Shown here: positions 39,480 through 49,660 of the stretch, piece by piece
Layout: the number at the start of each line of letters is the position of its first letter
Position numbering within the stretch: position 1 is the first letter of the stretch
Assembly (NCBI GenBank): GCA_027490225.1
Contig: JAIXYK010000032.1
Span: 32,418 to 96,417, forward strand
Reading direction: 5' to 3'
DNA length: 64,000 nucleotides
Source: Bacteroidota bacterium
GTDB lineage: Bacteria; Bacteroidota; Bacteroidia; M30B66
Notes under the pieces: model-generated
The model's database searches: none
What the model saw: only the letters and a program-made list of their open reading frames with translations
What the model was told of the DNA's origin: nothing
Program-made: the position numbers and the translations under genes

Positions 39480-39549
39480 GCTAGATTAGGGAACAAGATT
39501 AGGAGAATAAAATTTTAAAAAAAACTTTTTCATAATTAATTAAAACAAG

Positions 39550-39557
39550 TATCTTTG
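39550..39557 (+). promoter_or_regulatory. -7 element TATCTTTG upstream of the hup gene
   Basis: TATCTTTGCAGCC fits TAnnTTTG and shares the TTTGCAGCC extension with the queA and lepA promoters. Confidence 0.4.
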
Positions 39558-39630
39558 CAGCCCGTTTTTAAGAAACGCTAACTTACACATTAACAAAAAA
39601 CTAAATCCAAACCAATAACAACCAATAACA

Positions 39631-39918
39631 ATGACTAAAGCTGAAATTGTAGCAGAAATCGCGGAAAAGACCGGAATTGAAAAAATAACAGTTCAAGCTT
39701 CTGTAGAAGCGTTCATGAAATCAGTAAAAACAAATTTGTCTCAAGGTAAAAATGTTTACTTACGCGGATTTGGTAGTTTCATAGTTAAAAAACGTGCTAC
39801 TAAAAAAGGTCGTAACATTTCAAAAAATACTACCATCATCATTCCTGAGCATTTCATTCCATCTTTTAAGCCTGCAAAAACATTCAGCGAAAAAGTTAAA
39901 AAGTCTGTGAAGGCATAA
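39631..39918 (+). CDS. hup: HU-family DNA-binding protein
   Basis: MTKAEIVAEIAEKTGI...GFGSF...; ~95-aa HU/IHF fold. Confidence 0.9.
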   Translation: MTKAEIVAEIAEKTGIEKITVQASVEAFMKSVKTNLSQGKNVYLRGFGSFIVKKRATKKGRNISKNTTIIIPEHFIPSFKPAKTFSEKVKKSVKA

Positions 39919-39924
39919 TTTTAA

Positions 39925-40746
39925 ATGAATAAAAAGCAGCTTTTAGTAATAGCAGGATGTCTACTTATTGGAGTAATAATTTTTTTAGCTCCTAGAACAT
40001 CTCCTATTAAAAAAGAAGAAGCTGCTGATAAAAATACAGAATCGACTGATAAGGCCTTTGAAAGTCAGGTTTCTAGCGTAAAAAAAGAAATCACTCCCTC
40101 AGCCTTAGCAACGATAGAGTTCTTTGAAAGTAAACTAAAAGCATCTGTTGGTGCTGCAAAAGTTGTATGGCTTGATTCTCTCAGTAATAATTGGGACAAA
40201 CAAATGAGGCCAGGAATTGCAGCAGAATATGTTTTTCAAAAGGCAGCTATCATCAATACTGCTGAAAGCTGGAAAGAAGCAGGAGAAAGATTTCTTGGTC
40301 TTTCAAGATTTTTTCAAGGAGAAGACAACTCAACCATCGGCCTACGAGCTATTGAAGCACTAGAAAATGCTAAAAAGTTGAACGCTGATGATATCAATAT
40401 TAAAACTCAATTGGGAGTTGCATATGTTGAAACTAGTCAAGAACCAATGAAAGGAATAATGTTGTTGAGAGAGGCTGTTGCGCAAGATTCAACCAATATT
40501 GATGCACAATTAAACCTTGGATTCTTTTCTATGCAAAGCGCTCAATATGATAAAGCAGTAATTCGCTTTAAAAAGGTGATTAAATTAAAACCCGATTTAG
40601 TCGAAGCGAGATTGTATCTTTGCGATGCTTTGCTAGGAGAAGGAAAACAAGAGGAAGCAAAAACTGAATTGCTTAAAATAAAACAGTTAACCAAAGACAC
40701 AACGTTATTAAACGAAGCTAATAGTCGTTTAAAACAAATTAAATAG
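39925..40746 (+). CDS. TPR-repeat lipoprotein/periplasmic protein
   Basis: An N-terminal TM/signal segment followed by several 34-aa TPR-like repeats. Confidence 0.65.
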   Translation: MNKKQLLVIAGCLLIGVIIFLAPRTSPIKKEEAADKNTESTDKAFESQVSSVKKEITPSALATIEFFESKLKASVGAAKVVWLDSLSNNWDKQMRPGIAAEYVFQKAAIINTAESWKEAGERFLGLSRFFQGEDNSTIGLRAIEALENAKKLNADDINIKTQLGVAYVETSQEPMKGIMLLREAVAQDSTNIDAQLNLGFFSMQSAQYDKAVIRFKKVIKLKPDLVEARLYLCDALLGEGKQEEAKTELLKIKQLTKDTTLLNEANSRLKQIK

Positions 40747-40772
40747 AATTAATAATTTAAAAAATATCAATC

Positions 40773-40862
40773 ATGCCGAGCGGTAAAAAAAGAAAACGTC
40801 ATAAAATGGCAACCCACAAACGGAAAAAGCGCCTTCGCAAAAACCGTCATAAGAAGAAATAA
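40773..40862 (+). CDS. 29-aa ultra-basic peptide, candidate ribosomal protein bS22 homolog
   Basis: MPSGKKRKRHKMATHKRKKRLRKNRHKKK is 62% Lys/Arg/His and has its own terminator hairpin immediately downstream. Its composition and length resemble mycobacterial bS22 ([33 protein letters not shown]). It is below the ORF-track length cutoff. Confidence 0.5.
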   Translation: MPSGKKRKRHKMATHKRKKRLRKNRHKKK

Positions 40863-40869
40863 TTCATAT

Positions 40870-40918
40870 GGAATTACCACCTGTAAATAAATTTAACAGT
40901 TGGTAATTCCTTTATTTT
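40870..40918 (+). terminator. rho-independent terminator after the bS22-like ORF
   Basis: 10-bp perfect stem GGAATTACCA...TGGTAATTCC with a 21-nt loop, followed by TTTATTTT. Confidence 0.6.
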
Positions 40919-41004
40919 CACATTGCTGAAGTTTATAGCTGATGTGAGTTAACCTTTTAGTTTAACTCAGGTTCAGTTACTGCTTTGCGTTCAATTCATT
41001 AATT

Positions 41005-42555
41005 TTGAATAAAGAACTTGTTATTAATACCACTGGAAGTGAAGTGGTAATAGCACAGCTCGAAGACCGTAAACTTATAGAACTCAATCGCGAAAAAAGT
41101 AACAACAATTTCGCTGTTGGGGATATTTATTTGGGTAAGGTTAAAAAGGTGATGCCCGGACTTAATGCTGCTTTTGTAGATGTTGGGTACGAGAAAGATG
41201 CCTTTTTGCATTATCTAGACCTAGGTCCACAAGTTCAGTCTTTTAATAAATTTGCTAAATTAGGTTTGGCAGGTAAGCTTGCACCTGATGCTATTGGGGA
41301 TTTTAAAATGGAGCCGGACATTAAAAAGGACGGTAAGATTGGTGATGTGCTCCAAACAGGAAACCAAATTTTAGTTCAAATAGCAAAAGAACCTATTTCA
41401 ACTAAAGGACCTCGAATTAGCTCTGAAATTTCTTTAGCAGGCAGATATCTTGTACTTGTCCCTTTTTCTGACAAAATCTCGGTTTCTCAAAAAATCAAAG
41501 AAGCAGAGGAAAGAAATAGATTAAAAAGACTTATTCAAAGTATTAGACCAAAAGGGTTTGGGGTAATAATAAGAACGGTTGCTACAAATAAAAAAGTTGC
41601 AGAGCTTGATCAAGACCTTAACGAACTTATTGAGCGCTGGAATAGTCTCGTTGTTACTTTACCCACAGCTCAGCCAAAAGAAAAAGTATTGGGTGAAATT
41701 AAAAGAACTTCTGCACTATTAAGAGATGTTCTGAATGATACATTCAGCAGTATTACAGTTGATGACCAAACTATTTACAACGAGATTAAGAACTATATTC
41801 AACATATAGCTCCTGATAAAGAAAAAATTGTAAAACTTTACAAAGGAAAAGAAGGGATTTTTGAGGAATTTGGTATCGACAGGCAAATTAAAGCTGCTTT
41901 CGGACAAAATGTAAGCCTCAAAAGTGGTGCTTATTTAATCATACAGCATACAGAAGCTATGCACGTGATTGATGTAAATAGTGGTCATAGATCTCGTTCT
42001 GATAATGACCAGGAAACAAATGCCTTCGATTGTAATTTAGAAGCAGCGGGAGAAATTGCACGTCAATTAAGACTTCGTGATATGGGAGGAATAATTGTTG
42101 TCGACTTCATAGATATGCACTCTTCTGAAAATAGAAAGGTGCTTTTCGACAAGTTACGCGAAGCGATGGAAATGGACCGTGCCAAACACACCATTCTTCC
42201 ACCAAGTAAATTCGGATTGATACAAATCACTCGTCAACGTGTGAGGCCTGAATTAATCATTGAAACGCTCGAAAAATGCCCAACTTGCAATGGCACAGGT
42301 GAAATTCAGCCTTCTATTTTAATTTCTGATGAAATAGAAAACAACATCAGATACATTCTTAAAGAACAAAACGAGCGTAATATTAAATTGTGGGTGAATC
42401 CGTTTGTTGAAGCTTACCTTACTAAAGGATTTCCATCAATTCAAATGAAATGGTGGTTGAAATTTAAAGTTTGGGTACCTATAAAAGCCAATTCTTCTTA
42501 CCATTTTCTTGAATATCATTTCTTAAATAAGATAGACGAAGAGATTAAACTCTAA
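41005..42555 (+). CDS. rng: ribonuclease E/G family protein (RNase G-like)
   Basis: N-terminal S1 domain (GDIYLGKVKKVMPGLNAAFVDVG), catalytic DNase-I-like region (HVIDVNSG...) and Zn-link cysteines CPTCNGTG; ~516 aa. Confidence 0.85.
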   Translation: MNKELVINTTGSEVVIAQLEDRKLIELNREKSNNNFAVGDIYLGKVKKVMPGLNAAFVDVGYEKDAFLHYLDLGPQVQSFNKFAKLGLAGKLAPDAIGDFKMEPDIKKDGKIGDVLQTGNQILVQIAKEPISTKGPRISSEISLAGRYLVLVPFSDKISVSQKIKEAEERNRLKRLIQSIRPKGFGVIIRTVATNKKVAELDQDLNELIERWNSLVVTLPTAQPKEKVLGEIKRTSALLRDVLNDTFSSITVDDQTIYNEIKNYIQHIAPDKEKIVKLYKGKEGIFEEFGIDRQIKAAFGQNVSLKSGAYLIIQHTEAMHVIDVNSGHRSRSDNDQETNAFDCNLEAAGEIARQLRLRDMGGIIVVDFIDMHSSENRKVLFDKLREAMEMDRAKHTILPPSKFGLIQITRQRVRPELIIETLEKCPTCNGTGEIQPSILISDEIENNIRYILKEQNERNIKLWVNPFVEAYLTKGFPSIQMKWWLKFKVWVPIKANSSYHFLEYHFLNKIDEEIKL

Positions 42556-42578
42556 TTTGTTTGCTTTATTTTTGAAAA

Positions 42579-43037
42579 ATGAATCCTACCGTTTTTGAGA
42601 AATTATTGGCCTTCAACCATTGGGCTAATGAGCAATACATAGCAACTTTTTCAAGCCAAGCGTCTATTCTTCCAGAAAGATGCATTCAACTGATGAGTCA
42701 CATCATCGGTGCCGAAATTATTTGGTTCCAAAGAATAAACAATGAACCAATTACTCCTTCAGCATTTTCTCCTAAAAAAATTGAAGAGTTAAAAGATTTA
42801 AATAAAGAATTCTCTGAAAAGTGGCTTCAAAAGCTTCTTGCATTAACAGATGCAGAAGGCGCTTTAAAGATTGATTATAAGAGCCTTGATGGAACCCAAC
42901 ACACTTCCTCTTTTAATGACATTCTGATTCATATTTGCAATCATGCTACATACCACAGAGCACAAATTGCAGATGAATTAAGGAATGTTGGAATTAAACC
43001 TCCATCAACAGATTATATTGTCTTTTCAAGAGGCTAG
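42579..43037 (+). CDS. DinB/YfiT-like four-helix-bundle protein
   Basis: His-triad pattern (H..., IHICNHATYHRAQI) typical of the DinB_2 family. Confidence 0.55.
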   Translation: MNPTVFEKLLAFNHWANEQYIATFSSQASILPERCIQLMSHIIGAEIIWFQRINNEPITPSAFSPKKIEELKDLNKEFSEKWLQKLLALTDAEGALKIDYKSLDGTQHTSSFNDILIHICNHATYHRAQIADELRNVGIKPPSTDYIVFSRG

Positions 43038-44590
43038 TTTATCCTTTTAACCTCTAAATTAGGTTTTATTTCAAATTTTACTTCTTCATCAAAAGTTGAA
43101 GGAACTCTTTTAATTAAAACTGAAAAAGTTTTACCTCTTTCTATCCATTTAAAATTTACGTCTTTTACATTTTTAAAAGAAATTGGATTTTTCTCTCCTA
43201 TTGTGATATTTTCTGCTGCATCAATCCGCATTCCCATACTAAAAATTGTTGCACTGTTTTCCTCTTCTAGCTTTTGAATAAATACATATTCGTCGGCTGT
43301 ATTTCCGAATTCTCCCCAACCTAAAGGGTCTACCATTTCAAAATCGTATAAAACTATTCCAATACTTCCATCTGGAAGGGTTACAACACTATTTACAAAA
43401 TCATTTGTATTGATGTTGTTAAATCGGTAGTTTTTAGAAGAGAAGACTTTATCGTTCACAACAAAGTAATACTCATGCTGCATGTAAACTGCCAGATCAT
43501 CGTAAATGATTTGGAAAGTTTCAGATTTTGGATTTTCAGATTTTGAATAAATAGTTTTTTGAGGAAAAAAAACGTATTCTATTAATCCAGCTTCTGAAAG
43601 AAAATTTTCAGCATAAATGATAGGTCCGTTATTATAAGTAAATGGTTTCCATGAGTTTCCCGATCTGTATACATCAATCCTAATATTGGAATTACTTATA
43701 ATCTCTTTAGGAATATCTGTTAACGAAATATTGAAGGCAAAAGGTAATTCCATTTTATTAAAATAACCCTGACGTCCGAAAAATCTGTTTGATGTTGATG
43801 AAATCGTTTCAATTTCTCCTGGAATACTATCTATATCTAACACATCGATTACGAACTTAAGATTATTCATAAGCGCAACTTTGCCGAAACCTAAAGCTAC
43901 ATTACTCATAGCCACGCTTAAATGATATCCACTTGAATTTCTGGAACTTTTGTATTTAATAGCTTTTGATAAATCGTCGAGCTTTTCTCCAATCTGGTTC
44001 TCAAATGCTTTATATTTTTCTTTTTCTAATTGTATAGCAGTTTTTCCATCTGCAAACAGTCCAAATTTTGAAATTCCGAAATTCACTTGTTGTTTACTTA
44101 AAGACTTAATCAAAGGAACATTTGAAGCGGCTGTTGCTCCTGTTTCAACATTTTTTAATTTCCCAGAAGGATAATCTCCATTTTTAATAAATCTTTCCAA
44201 ATCTGCATTGTCACCCGCTTCAATCGAATTCCTGAAAATAAATTCTTTGCCACCCTTTTCGCCAATAATAAAATCGTTAAACTCAACATCTGGTAAGGCA
44301 AAAGAAATTTGTACCTGATCACCAGAATCGGTTCCTTTTGAGAAAATTACTTGACTATCTTTTACATCAATTTCAAAATAAATAGAATCGGGACTTACGT
44401 TAATTGTTGAAGAAGCCGAAATGTCAGATTCCATTGATTTAGGTTTTCCCGGAAGTGGGAAAAACTCTTTGATGGTTAACGTCTCACTTTTTTGAGCTGA
44501 TGCAATTTGTTGAAAAATTAAAAATCCAGCCAAAAATAAAATCGACTTTATTTTGATACTCCAAATAAAAACATGCTTAATTGCCATCAT
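43034..44590 (-). CDS. secreted hypothetical protein (518 aa)
   Basis: Signal peptide ...FLIFQQIASAQ; no recognisable motif. Confidence 0.55.
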   Translation of the reverse strand: MMAIKHVFIWSIKIKSILFLAGFLIFQQIASAQKSETLTIKEFFPLPGKPKSMESDISASSTINVSPDSIYFEIDVKDSQVIFSKGTDSGDQVQISFALPDVEFNDFIIGEKGGKEFIFRNSIEAGDNADLERFIKNGDYPSGKLKNVETGATAASNVPLIKSLSKQQVNFGISKFGLFADGKTAIQLEKEKYKAFENQIGEKLDDLSKAIKYKSSRNSSGYHLSVAMSNVALGFGKVALMNNLKFVIDVLDIDSIPGEIETISSTSNRFFGRQGYFNKMELPFAFNISLTDIPKEIISNSNIRIDVYRSGNSWKPFTYNNGPIIYAENFLSEAGLIEYVFFPQKTIYSKSENPKSETFQIIYDDLAVYMQHEYYFVVNDKVFSSKNYRFNNINTNDFVNSVVTLPDGSIGIVLYDFEMVDPLGWGEFGNTADEYVFIQKLEEENSATIFSMGMRIDAAENITIGEKNPISFKNVKDVNFKWIERGKTFSVLIKRVPSTFDEEVKFEIKPNLEVKRIN

Positions 44591-44640
44591 ACATTTAAAA
44601 CTTTACTGCAAATATACTTTTATAGGCTTAGGTCAATGAT

Positions 44641-47600
44641 TTGAATTTCCTATTTTTGTTTACTGTGCTCACAAAAAACAAATTATTTCTACTGATTTTA
44701 TTGTTATTGTTTTTAAATCCTTTAGAAACCAATGGCCAAACTTCATTGTTTTTTAAAAACATAAGCACTTCTGACGGGCTCTCTAATAAAAATGTAAACT
44801 GCATAACCCAAGATTCTTACGGTTACATGTGGTTTGGAACCAACGATGGTTTAAACAAATTCGATGGCAAAGAATGGGTTTATTACAGAGTTGATACTGA
44901 GAAATCAAATGGGTTATTATCTAATCATATTACTTCATTAGCCGCTGGAAAAAACGGAGAAATGTGGATTGGAACCTCAAATGCAGGCGTATTTAAGTAC
45001 AATCCGCTTCAGGGTAACTTTACAAATTATGTAAAAGGATTAGGTACCAATCAAATTGTTTCACTATTAATTGATGATGGAAATGAGCTTTATGTTAGTT
45101 GTGAAAAATTTGGAATTTTTAAGTTTAATAAAAATCTTGAAAGATTCATATCTCAACCTCAATTGGGATTTAGAAAAATTAATCAATACTATTCAATAAT
45201 TAAAATAGGGAATACGACTTATTCTGCTCCACTGGGCAATGGAATAATTGAAAACGAAAGTGGAAAATCGGCTCATTATCAGCTAGATGTAAGAAACAGT
45301 ATTTTTCCTGGGCATACTTTTAATTGTATGTTTTATGATGGAAAAAGAACCATTTGGCTGGGGGCTTGGGACAATGGTTTATACAGTTTTGATATCTTAA
45401 CAAAAGAATTAAAATTGGTCATTGTTCTAGGAAATAAGGAACTTTCTCCTTCAGAAAATGAAATCTCAACTATAATTTCTATTGAAAACAAACTGCTACT
45501 TGGAACTAAAAAAAACGGATGTTATTTATTTGATATTGAAAATAAAGAATTAAAAAATCTACCACATAATTTTATCAATAAATCCAGTATTTCTTCTAAC
45601 AATATTTTGTGCAGTTATAAAGACAGGAATAATAACATTTGGATTGGAACAGATAATGGAATCAGTATTTATGACCCATTTAATAATCAATTCGAATTAA
45701 AACAACTTTCAAATAAATCTTCAAATGAAGATTTCAATGATAAGGTGAATGCTATTTATTCAAAAAACAACACCCTTGTAATTTGCACAAATAAACATCT
45801 ATATATATCAGATAAAGACGGTGAATTAAAAGAACATTTTATACCTGAAAATCCTATTTATTATGCTGCATTTATTAATAAATCTGGTGATTTAATTATA
45901 GGAACAAATAAAACAGCTTTTATTGCCAGGCCCCCATATAGCAGCTTTAATAAGTTTAATACTTTTTATAAAATAAACCCCAAAAGTAAATTAGGCTTTG
46001 ATTTTTACTCTTTAGATGCAACCAGAATTATTGCAATTGAGGAAGACACGATTAATGGAATTCCCGTTTATATCATGTCAATATATGGTTATGGAACAGG
46101 AATTTTTTCTCAGAAAAAGTTATCTGGCTCTTTATTTCTACTAGAAAACAGAAACGCTTTTGAAAACTTTATGCAGAAATTCTTCAAAAATAAAAAAGGA
46201 GAGTTGTTTGTTTTAGGAAATGTGCATGGCATATTAAAAGGCTTTAATTTTAGAAATCCCAAACTATTGAATGAAATACTTAACGGGGAAGCAAATTACA
46301 AAGACATAGGCGATGCAAGGGGCTGGTCATATTTTGGGGCTAAAAAAGATTATGCTTCATTAAACAAACCAAATGCTGTTGCAGATATGCTCCAGCTAAA
46401 TGATGAGGAATACTTACTTTCTACCACTGATCAGGGATTGGTTCATTTTAATGAGAGAAAATCGATATTCACAAAAATTACATCAAATCATACTGCGCTT
46501 GAAGGAATAAAGCAAGATAAATTAGGCAGAATTTGGATTGTTACAAACGGTGGTTTTGATGTTTATTTTCCAAATAAAAACACATGGCAAAGAATACCTC
46601 AACAAGCAGGTTTGCCCGAAAAAGGAATACATGGTTATATTACATCGGCCAATGATTCTACTTGGATGGTTGGCAGTTTTGGCTCGTATATTCAATTTAA
46701 TCCAAATAAATATCAATTTAATGATAAACAACCACTAATTAAAATAACCCATTTAAATATTTTCGAAAATAATTCAGATTCATTACTAACTGAGCAGGAA
46801 ATTAAACTAAATTATAATCAAAACTATTTTACTTTTCAATTTACTTCTTTCAATACAACAAGCAATGAAAATATTCAATTTTCCTATCAATTAATAGGCT
46901 TAGACAAACGATGGGTGTTAGCCGGAAAAAGAAATACTGCGAGTTATACAAATTTAGATGCTGGCGATTATATTTTTCAAGTTAAAGCTACGAATAGCAT
47001 AGGAGTAAACTCTAAAATAGCCACAATAAAAATTAAAATAATACCCCCTTTTTTTAAAACAACTTGGTTTTATATAATGCTGATTTTTCTGTTTATTTTT
47101 ATTGTTTTTATAATAATTAGACTTAGGATAAATCAAATTAAACGTGAACAGGTTATAGTTTTAAATGCCGAATTTTCTGCACAGGAAAAAGAAAGAAAGC
47201 GACTTGCCCAAGATTTACACGATGACCTAGGAACAAGAATGTCGGCGCTAAAACTATTTATTGGTAGTTTAAGCTCCCATTTAATATCGAGTGAAGAAGG
47301 AAAATCTATAAAATCAAATGCTGAAAAGTTATTAGATGAATCTATTAAGGATTTAAGAGCGCTTTTGAATAACTTAAGCCCAGATACTGTAAGTAATTTT
47401 GGATATTACAAAGCGATAGAAGATTTAGCCATACGAATTAATAATATGAATGCTTTACAAGTTGAAATTATTAAAACAGGCAAGGAATTTAGATTTGAAA
47501 AAGAAAAAGAATTAACCATTTATCGAATTACACAAGAGTTAATTAATAATTCAATTAAACATGCTTCTTGTAGTAAAATTACCATCAATATTACTTTCAA

Positions 47601-47778
47601 TAAATCAGAATTAAGCATTTTTTACGAAGATGATGGCAAGGGATTTAATCTTTCAGAAAAAAGTCAAGGTTTTGGCTTACAGAACATTTCGAATCGCGTT
47701 GGCCTTATAAAAGGTAAAATTAGTTGGGACTCATTCCCAGGAAGAGGAACGCGGGTAATTATTGATTTAATTGTATAA
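44641..47778 (+). CDS. sensor histidine kinase with a periplasmic beta-propeller/Y_Y_Y sensor domain and a HisKA_3-type kinase core
   Basis: Signal peptide, repeated two-component-regulator propeller motifs (W.GT..G) and a single TM (WFYIMLIFLFIFIVFIIIRL). The H-box is LAQDLHDDLG (HisKA_3) and the ATPase G-box is near the C-terminus. Confidence 0.85.
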   Translation: MNFLFLFTVLTKNKLFLLILLLLFLNPLETNGQTSLFFKNISTSDGLSNKNVNCITQDSYGYMWFGTNDGLNKFDGKEWVYYRVDTEKSNGLLSNHITSLAAGKNGEMWIGTSNAGVFKYNPLQGNFTNYVKGLGTNQIVSLLIDDGNELYVSCEKFGIFKFNKNLERFISQPQLGFRKINQYYSIIKIGNTTYSAPLGNGIIENESGKSAHYQLDVRNSIFPGHTFNCMFYDGKRTIWLGAWDNGLYSFDILTKELKLVIVLGNKELSPSENEISTIISIENKLLLGTKKNGCYLFDIENKELKNLPHNFINKSSISSNNILCSYKDRNNNIWIGTDNGISIYDPFNNQFELKQLSNKSSNEDFNDKVNAIYSKNNTLVICTNKHLYISDKDGELKEHFIPENPIYYAAFINKSGDLIIGTNKTAFIARPPYSSFNKFNTFYKINPKSKLGFDFYSLDATRIIAIEEDTINGIPVYIMSIYGYGTGIFSQKKLSGSLFLLENRNAFENFMQKFFKNKKGELFVLGNVHGILKGFNFRNPKLLNEILNGEANYKDIGDARGWSYFGAKKDYASLNKPNAVADMLQLNDEEYLLSTTDQGLVHFNERKSIFTKITSNHTALEGIKQDKLGRIWIVTNGGFDVYFPNKNTWQRIPQQAGLPEKGIHGYITSANDSTWMVGSFGSYIQFNPNKYQFNDKQPLIKITHLNIFENNSDSLLTEQEIKLNYNQNYFTFQFTSFNTTSNENIQFSYQLIGLDKRWVLAGKRNTASYTNLDAGDYIFQVKATNSIGVNSKIATIKIKIIPPFFKTTWFYIMLIFLFIFIVFIIIRLRINQIKREQVIVLNAEFSAQEKERKRLAQDLHDDLGTRMSALKLFIGSLSSHLISSEEGKSIKSNAEKLLDESIKDLRALLNNLSPDTVSNFGYYKAIEDLAIRINNMNALQVEIIKTGKEFRFEKEKELTIYRITQELINNSIKHASCSKITINITFNKSELSIFYEDDGKGFNLSEKSQGFGLQNISNRVGLIKGKISWDSFPGRGTRVIIDLIV

Positions 47779-48415
47779 TTGTATTGAAATGATACAAATC
47801 GCCATTTGTGATGACCATCGCATAGTAGCTGATGGAATTAAGTCTCTGCTTCGAAATAAAACAGAAATTTCTGTTGTGGGAGAAGCCCATAATACCAATG
47901 AATTGATTGCCTTACTCAAAAAAGAAAAAGTAGATATCGTTTTAATGGATATTGGCTTAGGCAAAGAAAATGGAATTGACGCTACAGCTATCATCCTTCA
48001 GCAATTTCCAAAGGTTAAAGTTATTGCACTTACTATGCAAAATGACTTTACAAGTATTACCGAAATGAGAAATGCAGGAGCCTCAGGTTATTTGCTAAAA
48101 AACACTTCTTTAGAGGAACTTTGCGAGGCCATTTTCAAAGTACAAGAAGGAAGAACTTTTATTTCAAGAGAAATCAAGGAAATTCTAGACAAGCAAAAAG
48201 ATGGGGAATTGCCCGATTCAATCAAACTTACAGACAGAGAACAGGCTATATTAATTCATCTCAGTAACGGACTTACTACTAAAGAAATAGCCGATAGAAT
48301 TCTATTGAGTGAAGATACAGTGAAATGGTATCGAAAAAATCTTTTAGCTAAGTTTGAACAACCCAATGTTGCAGCATTAATAAAATGGGCTGTATTGAAT
48401 AAATTAATTCACTGA
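47771..48415 (+). CDS. NarL/FixJ-family response regulator (REC plus LuxR HTH)
   Basis: Receiver motif VDIVLMDIGL; C-terminal LuxR HTH LTDREQAILIHLSNGLTTKEIADRILLSEDTVKWYRKNL. It overlaps the kinase stop. Confidence 0.9.
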   Translation: MYNCIEMIQIAICDDHRIVADGIKSLLRNKTEISVVGEAHNTNELIALLKKEKVDIVLMDIGLGKENGIDATAIILQQFPKVKVIALTMQNDFTSITEMRNAGASGYLLKNTSLEELCEAIFKVQEGRTFISREIKEILDKQKDGELPDSIKLTDREQAILIHLSNGLTTKEIADRILLSEDTVKWYRKNLLAKFEQPNVAALIKWAVLNKLIH

Positions 48416-48913
48416 TTTATATATAGGAACAGTACTGCAAGCTTCTCCATACATTATGCTTTTTGCAATTGGGCGAAGTTTATTAGTCAACATTAAAAAA
48501 GCGGCTCTTGGAACAGGTAAATTTCCACATCCTTTAATGATAAGCCGTTTATCTGCGAATTCGGAAACATCCAAATTGTCGACTATTTCTTTATATAGTT
48601 CTGCTTCTAAAGTTTCTAAATCGCCAAATACAACTCGTTTTGCTAATGGCTCCAATTGAGCCGAAATTAACATGTAAGCCCAAACTGGCACTATCGCGTC
48701 AGCGCTGCAAAAAACTGCAACATATGCATCTTTATATTGATTCCAGTCATGCGATTGAATCCAAATACGAAAATCCTTTTCTCTTAAAATCAATTCTTGA
48801 AAAAGTTGTGATTTAATATCAATCTGAATTCTTTTTCCTTTTGGGTAATAATCTTCTAAATCAATATTAACTAACCCGCTATTTGCAACTTTATTTACAA
48901 TTAAATCTTCCAT
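48404..48913 (-). CDS. conserved hypothetical protein (DUF2480-like), commonly linked to suf genes in Bacteroidota
   Basis: 169-aa soluble protein immediately downstream of the suf cluster. Confidence 0.5.
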   Translation of the reverse strand: MEDLIVNKVANSGLVNIDLEDYYPKGKRIQIDIKSQLFQELILREKDFRIWIQSHDWNQYKDAYVAVFCSADAIVPVWAYMLISAQLEPLAKRVVFGDLETLEAELYKEIVDNLDVSEFADKRLIIKGCGNLPVPRAAFLMLTNKLRPIAKSIMYGEACSTVPIYKSVN

Positions 48914-48920
48914 TGCTGAT

Positions 48921-49238
48921 TTATAAAAATCCTAATTCAAGTTTAGCTTCTTCGCTCATCATGCTTTGGTCCCATGTAGGTTCAAAAGTAATTTCAACTT
49001 TGGCCGATTTCACTCCATCTACACTTCTTATCTTTTCTTCAACATCTGGTGGTAATGTTTCTGCTACCGGACAAGATGGTGAAGTTAATGTCATCAATAC
49101 ATGCACATCAAAATCTTCGTTAATGTTAACTTCATAAATCAATCCTAATTCATAAATATTAACAGGAATTTCAGGATCATAGCATGTCCTAATCATATCC
49201 AATACATCTTTTTCTATTTGCTCCAGCGTTTTTTCCAT
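48921..49238 (-). CDS. SUF-system Fe-S assembly protein (DUF59/SufT-like)
   Basis: The ~105-aa DUF59 fold with the conserved TLTSPSCP Cys motif. Confidence 0.8.
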   Translation of the reverse strand: MEKTLEQIEKDVLDMIRTCYDPEIPVNIYELGLIYEVNINEDFDVHVLMTLTSPSCPVAETLPPDVEEKIRSVDGVKSAKVEITFEPTWDQSMMSEEAKLELGFL

Positions 49239-49246
49239 CTTCTATT

Positions 49247-49660
49247 TTATGATTGAAAAGCCAATGCGTATAATTTCATTTGTTTAACCATCGAAACCAA
49301 ACCATTGCTTCTTGTAGGTGATAAGTGCTCTTTCAAGCCAATTTGGTCAATGAAAGAAAGTTCTGTTTTTACAATTTCATTGGGAGATTCATCGCTCAAA
49401 ACTCGAACAAGCAAACTCACAATTCCTTTTGGAATCTGAGCATCGCTGTCGGCTTTGTAAAATACCTTGCCTTCTTTGAGTTCTGCATTTAACCAAACCT
49501 GACTCTGGCAACCTTTTATTAAATATTCTTCTGTTTTTAATCCTTCATCAATTAGTGGCAAAGCTCTGCCAAGATCAATTAGGTATTCGTATTTTTCTGT
49601 CCAGTCTTCGAACATTTCAAATTCCTCTACTATCTCGGCTTCTTTAGCTGCTATGCTCAT
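49247..49660 (-). CDS. sufE: cysteine desulfuration protein SufE
   Basis: SufE family with the active-site motif KGCQSQVWL. Confidence 0.85.
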   Translation of the reverse strand: MSIAAKEAEIVEEFEMFEDWTEKYEYLIDLGRALPLIDEGLKTEEYLIKGCQSQVWLNAELKEGKVFYKADSDAQIPKGIVSLLVRVLSDESPNEIVKTELSFIDQIGLKEHLSPTRSNGLVSMVKQMKLYALAFQS

